From NCBI GenBank assembly GCA_031372065.1, contig JANMKN010000410.1, forward strand, positions 1-11,108: a stretch of 11,108 nt of DNA, written 5' to 3'. The notes under the pieces were generated by a model. The model saw only the letters and a list, made by a program, of their open reading frames with translations. It had not been told where the DNA came from and searched no databases. This DNA comes from Abditibacteriaceae bacterium (GTDB lineage: Bacteria > Armatimonadota > Abditibacteriia > Abditibacteriales > Abditibacteriaceae). The position numbers and the translations under genes are program-made. Positions 6,317-11,108 of the stretch are shown here, piece after piece (position 1 is the stretch's first letter; the number at the start of each line of letters is the position of its first letter).

Positions 6317-6325
6317 ATTTTAACA
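6317..6325 (-). promoter_or_regulatory. Putative extended -10 promoter for the KaiC-like gene (TGT-TAAAAT)
   Basis: The minus strand reads TGTTAAAAT (TGn plus 5/6 match to TATAAT) in the 57-nt gap after the pcrA stop. Confidence 0.55.
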
Positions 6326-6334
6326 CGCCACAGA

Positions 6335-8587
6335 TCAAATCACTTTTTCCAGCGGCGCGTAGGCGACAATTAAACGTTTTTTGCCGACATCGGCCTTCAA
6401 AAACGCGATGTGAACCCATTCATTTTTTTCGCCCGGCGGCGACGCGTCCACAACCAAGCCTTCGCCAAAACTGGGATGCTTGACGCGGTCACCAATCGCA
6501 AATTTGGGCGGCGCAAGCGGCTCTTTGGGCATAGAACTGGGCACCAAAGCACTGCGCGAAGGCGGCGCTGTCCACGAAGTTGCGGCCCGCGCTGGTGTAA
6601 AAGAGCGCGTTGAGGCAAAACCGCCGCGCTCCAAAAGATGCGCGGGAATTTCTTCTAAAAACTGCGAAGGCTGCGTGGTTTCTGTCCGTCCGTGCAAAGT
6701 GCGCTGCGCTGCATAAGTGAGAAAAACGCGCTGTTCGGCGCGCGTTAAACCAACGTAACACAAGCGCCGTTCTTCTTCCAAATCTTCGGGCGAAGCGCCC
6801 CATAATGCGCGCGAATGCGGCAAAAGTCCTTGTTCGAGGCCCACCAAAAATACCGTCGGAAATTCCAAGCCTTTGGCCGAATGCAAAGTCATAAAAGTAA
6901 CCGCTTCGCTTTCATGTTGCGTGTTATTCACTTCGCTATCCAGTGCCGTTGTTTCAAGAAACAGGCCAAGATACGGCGCGCTTTCGTGCACAAATTCGTC
7001 GTCGAATGATTCATTGGTTTTCATGCGATCATCAAAGGCGACGGCGGCGGACAAAAACTCGTCCGTATTCGCCACGCGATCAACGCTGTCGCGGCTTTTT
7101 TCATGACGGAGATGATCTTCAAAACCAGTGCGCGACAAAATCTGGCTAATCAAATCGGCCATTGAAGTCGCATTTTGGGTGTCTCCTTCCAATCGCTTCA
7201 ACATCGCCGCGAACGCGCCTAATTTCTGCGCCGGAGCGCGCCCCAAAGTTTTCAGCGCTGCTTCATCGTTGATAACTTCGTGCAAAGTGCGGCCTTGTTC
7301 GTAGGCTAACATTTGCAGTTTTTGAATCGTTGTGGCGCCAATGCCGCGCGGCGGCACGTTGATGATGCGCAAAAGGGCAAAACCATCGTTGGGATTGAAC
7401 AAAACGCGCAAATACGCCAGCAAATCTTTGATTTCGCGCCGATCATAAAAGCGCTGCGTGCCGACTAATTTCAGCGGAATGCGCAAGCGCAAAAACGCTT
7501 CTTCAAAAGGCCGACTTTGCGCGTTGACGCGACAAAGAATGGCAAAATCCGACAAACTCGCCTGATTTTCGCGCTGCATATCCTGAATTTTGCGCGCCAC
7601 CCAAAACGCTTCTTCTTGGGCGTTGGCAAGACCATGCAATGTCAGTTGCGCGCCGCCGTTTTCGTCCGTCCACAAGCGTTTTGGCGCGCGTCCGATATTC
7701 TTGGAAATCACGCCATGCGCCGCATCCAGAATGTTTTGCGTTGAACGATAATTCTGCTCTAAACGAATCACTTGCGCATCGGGATAATGCTTTTCAAAGT
7801 CCAAAATCAAGCGCACATCGGCTCCACGCCATGCGTAAATCGATTGATCGTCATCGCCCACGACGGCGATGTTTTTATGGACGCGGGCGATTTCGCGTGC
7901 CCACGTGAATTGCGCGAGGTTGGCGTCTTGGAATTCGTCAATCAAAACGTGTTCAAAGCGCTCGGCGAACATTTGCCCTGCTGCGGATTCTTGCACCAGT
8001 TTCACGCCGTAAAGCAGCAAATCGTCGAAATCTAAGGCGCGCGAATTGTTTAAACGCTCTTGATAAGCGGCGTAAAGGCGCGCGTAAATGCGGTCAGCGG
8101 GGCTGGCGGCTCCATCTGCGACTTGCTGCGGGCCACGCATATTGTTTTTTGCGTCTGAAATGCGACCTAAAATGCGTGCGGCAGGGTAGCGCTCGGAATC
8201 CACATCCAAGTCGCGTAAAACGTCTTTGGCAAGGCGCGTGGCGTCGTCGGAATCGTAAATCACAAAGCGCGGATCAAGGCCAATCTGTTCGCCGTGCATC
8301 CGCAGCATTCGCGCGCACATGGCGTGAAAGGTGCCGAGCCACAAACGACGCGAGGCCGGGCCGATCAACGAATCAAGGCGCGACTGCATTTCGCGCGAGG
8401 CTTTGTTGGTAAAGGTGACCGCCAAAATGCACGACGGCGAAACGCCGCGCTCCGTCACTAAATAAGCGATGCGATGCGTTAATGTGCGCGTTTTGCCCGA
8501 ACCGGCGCCCGCGAAAATTAAAAGCGGCCCTCGTTCGTGCGTCACCGCCGCGCTCTGCGGCGCGTTCAGGCCGGAAAGAAGATTCAT
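6335..8587 (-). CDS. pcrA: SF1A ATP-dependent DNA helicase PcrA/UvrD
   Basis: Motifs LNAPQ (Q motif), AGAGSGKT, VTFTNKA, DEFQD, VGDDDQSIYAWRGA, LEQNYRS, TLHSAKGLEF and EEERRLCYVGLTRA. It ends in a C-terminal Tudor-like domain (FAIGDRVKHPSFGEGLVV) typical of PcrA/UvrD. Confidence 0.95.
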   Translation of the reverse strand: MNLLSGLNAPQSAAVTHERGPLLIFAGAGSGKTRTLTHRIAYLVTERGVSPSCILAVTFTNKASREMQSRLDSLIGPASRRLWLGTFHAMCARMLRMHGEQIGLDPRFVIYDSDDATRLAKDVLRDLDVDSERYPAARILGRISDAKNNMRGPQQVADGAASPADRIYARLYAAYQERLNNSRALDFDDLLLYGVKLVQESAAGQMFAERFEHVLIDEFQDANLAQFTWAREIARVHKNIAVVGDDDQSIYAWRGADVRLILDFEKHYPDAQVIRLEQNYRSTQNILDAAHGVISKNIGRAPKRLWTDENGGAQLTLHGLANAQEEAFWVARKIQDMQRENQASLSDFAILCRVNAQSRPFEEAFLRLRIPLKLVGTQRFYDRREIKDLLAYLRVLFNPNDGFALLRIINVPPRGIGATTIQKLQMLAYEQGRTLHEVINDEAALKTLGRAPAQKLGAFAAMLKRLEGDTQNATSMADLISQILSRTGFEDHLRHEKSRDSVDRVANTDEFLSAAVAFDDRMKTNESFDDEFVHESAPYLGLFLETTALDSEVNNTQHESEAVTFMTLHSAKGLEFPTVFLVGLEQGLLPHSRALWGASPEDLEEERRLCYVGLTRAEQRVFLTYAAQRTLHGRTETTQPSQFLEEIPAHLLERGGFASTRSFTPARAATSWTAPPSRSALVPSSMPKEPLAPPKFAIGDRVKHPSFGEGLVVDASPPGEKNEWVHIAFLKADVGKKRLIVAYAPLEKVI

Positions 8588-8591
8588 GAAA

Positions 8592-8688
8592 AGTTAAGAG
8601 TTTCGAATTAAGAATTTTGAGTTAGGTTCCCTTTGGGCAGAAGGATTGTCTGATTTAACTCAAAACTCCTAACTCAAAACGCCTAACT
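8592..8688. repeat. Inverted pair of 33-bp heptamer arrays (14-bp period TAACTCA-AAACTCC)
   Basis: 8656-8688 is TAACTCAAAACTCCTAACTCAAAACGCCTAACT. The reverse complement of 8592-8624 is TAACTCAAAATTCTTAATTCGAAACTCTTAACT. They match at 27/33 with a 31-nt loop. Confidence 0.85.
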
Positions 8689-8692
8689 CAAT

Positions 8693-9502
8693 TTATTCGG
8701 GGCGTGGAATTGGCGAATCGCTGGCAACTGTGGGCGATGCAGAATGCGTTTCGGCGCGGGGCACCGGACTGGACGATTCCGCTGTGGGCACCGGGCTGTC
8801 TGCTGCGGGTGAGGAGTTCACTGCTGATTTTGAGCGTCTGCGGCGGCGGCGGCGCGGCCTGTCAGAACCATCTGAGCGGTCAGAACCACCTGATACGAAA
8901 ACACCGCCGCCATTCAAGGAATTATCGCTGGAGGGACTCTCTTCATTGCTCCGTTTGCGTTTATCGCTGCCTCGTTCATCCGCTCTGCGCTCCGCATTGT
9001 TGTTATCAGTGCTGCGCGTTGAACGATCCGGCGATGGACGATCTTCGGAGGACGACGAATCGCGCGAAGAGCGACGCGTTGGGGTTTCTCTTTCGTCGGA
9101 AGCGATTTTCTCATCCGGCTTTTCGGCATTATTGATTATTCTTTCAGCGCGTTTGGCTTCTTCGTCTACGGCACGTTCGGCCTCGGCATCGGCTTTGTCC
9201 TCACGACTTTGCCTTGAAGAATTGCGCAAAGAATTGCGCGATGGGGGAGGTGGGCCAACGCCGTCGTCTTCAGCGGGCAGCACTTTGACTTCCACGCGAG
9301 GCGTGTTGCCGCTGTAGTCGGTTTGTCGTGTCACTGCTTCGGCAGCACGGGTTGAACGGCTTTTTCCGTTCCCCGCGCCTCTCTTAACAGGCGATTCGTT
9401 AAGCAGGTGCGAACTCAAGACATATTTGCCAAAAGCATAAGAGCCGTAGGCCAAACTGCCCAGCAGGGCGAAGATAATCATCAAACGCGTAAAGACTTGC
9501 AT
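8693..9502 (-). CDS. Hypothetical protein with an N-terminal membrane anchor and a long Ser/Arg/Asp/Glu-rich disordered region
   Basis: Start is set at ATG 9502 (MQVFTRLMIIFALLGSLAYGSYAFGKYVLS, one hydrophobic helix). The remainder is low-complexity, with a poly-Arg tract and C-terminal SP[VI]P repeats. A well-formed promoter lies directly upstream. Confidence 0.8.
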   Translation of the reverse strand: MQVFTRLMIIFALLGSLAYGSYAFGKYVLSSHLLNESPVKRGAGNGKSRSTRAAEAVTRQTDYSGNTPRVEVKVLPAEDDGVGPPPPSRNSLRNSSRQSREDKADAEAERAVDEEAKRAERIINNAEKPDEKIASDERETPTRRSSRDSSSSEDRPSPDRSTRSTDNNNAERRADERGSDKRKRSNEESPSSDNSLNGGGVFVSGGSDRSDGSDRPRRRRRRRSKSAVNSSPAADSPVPTAESSSPVPRAETHSASPTVASDSPIPRPE

Positions 9503-9509
9503 ACTTAGA

Positions 9510-9538
9510 AGGCTACACAAGCCGCGATTAGCGGTCAA
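9510..9538 (-). promoter_or_regulatory. Sigma70-type promoter giving a probable leaderless transcript
   Basis: The minus strand reads TTGACC (9538-9533), 17 nt, TAGCCT (9515-9510), 7 nt, ATG (9502). There is no SD. Confidence 0.65.
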
Positions 9539-9624
9539 GAATGCCTTCAAGCAGCGGCGGCTCGTTTTGCGCAACGCCCTGGCATGGAACCGTTCTAAGG
9601 GTGAGATTGTTGACGGAAATAGTC

Positions 9625-10848
9625 ATGCCGAACGCCCTTGCCACAGCGGTTAAATCGCCTGCCTCAGCGAACCGCGACAACACCAAATTTCCCGCTCTTG
9701 TTGAAGATAACCAGAAGGTCGCGGCGCTGCATATTGCCATTGATGGCACGGCGCTTTATGGCGTTTTTGGCGGCGTGGAATATTCGTTGTGGAATTTGCT
9801 ACGGGCGCTCAATGCTTTGGATTCGCCGCATCAGTTCACCGTTTTTATACCGCACGATGGCCCTCCCGACGAACATCTGGCAGATTTTGGCGCGCATTGG
9901 AACTGGCGGCGCTTGCCATTTCGCGGCGCGGCCAAAATGCGCCGCATTTTTTGGCAGCAATTCGAGTGGCCGCGCGCCTTAAGCGAGTTCGATTTATTGC
10001 ACGCGCCCACTTATGTGGCGCCACTGCATTCGCCCGTGCCGGTGGTTTTGGGCGTTTACGATTTAATCGCGCTCACGCATCCCCAATTCGCTACGCGCAC
10101 CAATCGTTTGCATTATGGTTTTGTTTTGCCACGCGCCTTGCGCCGCGCCGCGCATATTATTGTGCCCAGCCATGCAGTGCGCCGCGAAGTGGAAGATTTC
10201 GCGCCCGGCAAAAATATCAGCGTGGTGCCCTTGGGAGTGGAAGCGGAATTTCACGAAGAAGCAAACGCAAGCGACATCGCGCAATGCCGGCGCCGCCACG
10301 GTTTGCCAGATGACTATTTTTTCTTCGCGGGCAATTTTGAGCCAAAGAAAAACATCGCGGCGCTGCTAAGGGCGCAGGCCTTGCTTTGCGAGTTGGTGCC
10401 CGATGCACCGCCTTTAGTGCTTGCCGGAGGCGCACGGCGTTGGGATGGACATGAAGTTATTGCCGATGGCAAACGCGTGCGCTGGCTCGGCCATGTGCCG
10501 CGTCACGATTTGCCGTTGCTTTATGCCGGTTGCAGGGCGTTTGTCTTTCCGACTTTGGCCGAAGGTTTTTGTCTGCCGGTATTGGAAGCGTTGGCGGTTG
10601 GCACGCCCGTTGTCACAACGCGCGCCGTGCCTTTGCCGCAAATCGAAAGCGTCACACGCCTTTGTGAGCCTCATGACATTAAATCCATCGCGGGCGCTAT
10701 GCAATGGATGCTGCAAAACCCCGCAGAAGCCGAAAAAATGCGCCGCGCAGGCCGCATTTATGCTGCTGATTTCACTTGGGAACGCGCCGCGCAGCAAACA
10801 CTGACAATTTATCAAAACGTGGCGCAAAATATCCAAAACTCACGATGA
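9625..10848 (+). CDS. Glycosyltransferase family 4 (GT-B fold, WbaZ/MtfB-like)
   Basis: Motifs IAIDG...GGVEYS, DLLHAP, VYDLIALTHPQF, AGNFEPKKNIAALLRA, LGHVPRHDLPLLYAGC and FPTLAEGFCLPVLEALAVGTPVV (EX7E), ending FTWERAAQQTL. The start is uncertain; ATG 9625 was chosen. Confidence 0.92.
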   Translation: MPNALATAVKSPASANRDNTKFPALVEDNQKVAALHIAIDGTALYGVFGGVEYSLWNLLRALNALDSPHQFTVFIPHDGPPDEHLADFGAHWNWRRLPFRGAAKMRRIFWQQFEWPRALSEFDLLHAPTYVAPLHSPVPVVLGVYDLIALTHPQFATRTNRLHYGFVLPRALRRAAHIIVPSHAVRREVEDFAPGKNISVVPLGVEAEFHEEANASDIAQCRRRHGLPDDYFFFAGNFEPKKNIAALLRAQALLCELVPDAPPLVLAGGARRWDGHEVIADGKRVRWLGHVPRHDLPLLYAGCRAFVFPTLAEGFCLPVLEALAVGTPVVTTRAVPLPQIESVTRLCEPHDIKSIAGAMQWMLQNPAEAEKMRRAGRIYAADFTWERAAQQTLTIYQNVAQNIQNSR

Positions 10849-11108
10849 AAATCGCGTTTTTTCTGGACACATTTCCTTCGCTGACCGAAACCTTTATCGC
10901 GCGTGACATTGAAGCGTTGCGCCGCTACGGTTTAGAAATCGAAGTTTTTGCTTTGCATCCCGGCAACGGCGCGAAACTGCTGATGCCCCCGCAATCTGCC
11001 GCACTGCTTGCGCTTGGTGCGTGGGAAAAACTGACTCATCCCGGCTTACGCGCCAGTTATTTCAAAGCCTTGGGCGCCGCGTGGTGGCAGTATCTCAGCG
11101 AAAGCGGC
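10845..11108 (+). CDS. Second GT4 glycosyltransferase, WcaL-like N-terminus (partial, runs off the window end)
   Basis: Not in the ORF track. It overlaps the upstream stop (ATGA) and translates as MKIAFFLDTFPSLTETFIARDIEALRRYGLEIEVFAL..., open to the end. FPxxxETFI is typical of WcaL-type GT4 N-termini. Confidence 0.85.
   Translation, partial: MKIAFFLDTFPSLTETFIARDIEALRRYGLEIEVFALHPGNGAKLLMPPQSAALLALGAWEKLTHPGLRASYFKALGAAWWQYLSESG

Noticed and set aside
5558..8587. Helicase plus ATPase anti-phage system (e.g. Gabija-like)
   Set aside because: The helicase is a full-length housekeeping PcrA/UvrD with its C-terminal Tudor-like domain. The ATPase is KaiC-type with no nuclease or TOPRIM domain.
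8704..9317. Plus-strand ORFs 8704-9135 and 8730-9317
   Set aside because: They are antisense shadows of the low-complexity minus-strand gene, which has the promoter and membrane helix.
9541..9624. GT4 start at ATG 9541
   Set aside because: The extension is not GT-like and occupies the divergent promoter region.
554..10836. Other short overlapping or antisense ORFs in the six-frame track
   Set aside because: They lie within or largely overlap confidently identified genes in other frames and have no recognisable motifs.

Overview
Bacterial chromosomal housekeeping region with no prophage, CRISPR array, rRNA/tRNA or transposase. Gene order: ruvB (-), divergent from a tightly packed + strand cluster of trpE, a small membrane protein, rnhA, a hypothetical protein and an SDR oxidoreductase. 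That cluster converges on a - strand block: a membrane-anchored Ser/Arg-rich disordered protein, pcrA/uvrD helicase and a single-domain KaiC/RAD55-like ATPase. Divergent from this block, a GT4 glycosyltransferase cluster starts and runs off the window end. The most interesting signals are in the intergenic DNA, which holds three unrelated types of paired inverted repeat. (i) A 48-bp double-hairpin REP-like doublet with compensatory base changes (33-144). (ii) A GGCAAAAA-based 23-bp inverted repeat between convergent genes (5476-5548). (iii) An inverted heptamer array whose mismatches are mostly G-U wobbles on the transcribed strand and which ends 4 nt before the pcrA start codon (8592-8688). 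Other points: two apparently leaderless genes (TANNNT-7 nt-ATG), clamp-binding-like motifs on terminal extensions of RNase HI and RuvB, and a TrpE with an altered Trp-feedback motif. I do not see a clearly complete novel multi-gene system. All calls come from motif recognition by eye; no searches were run.
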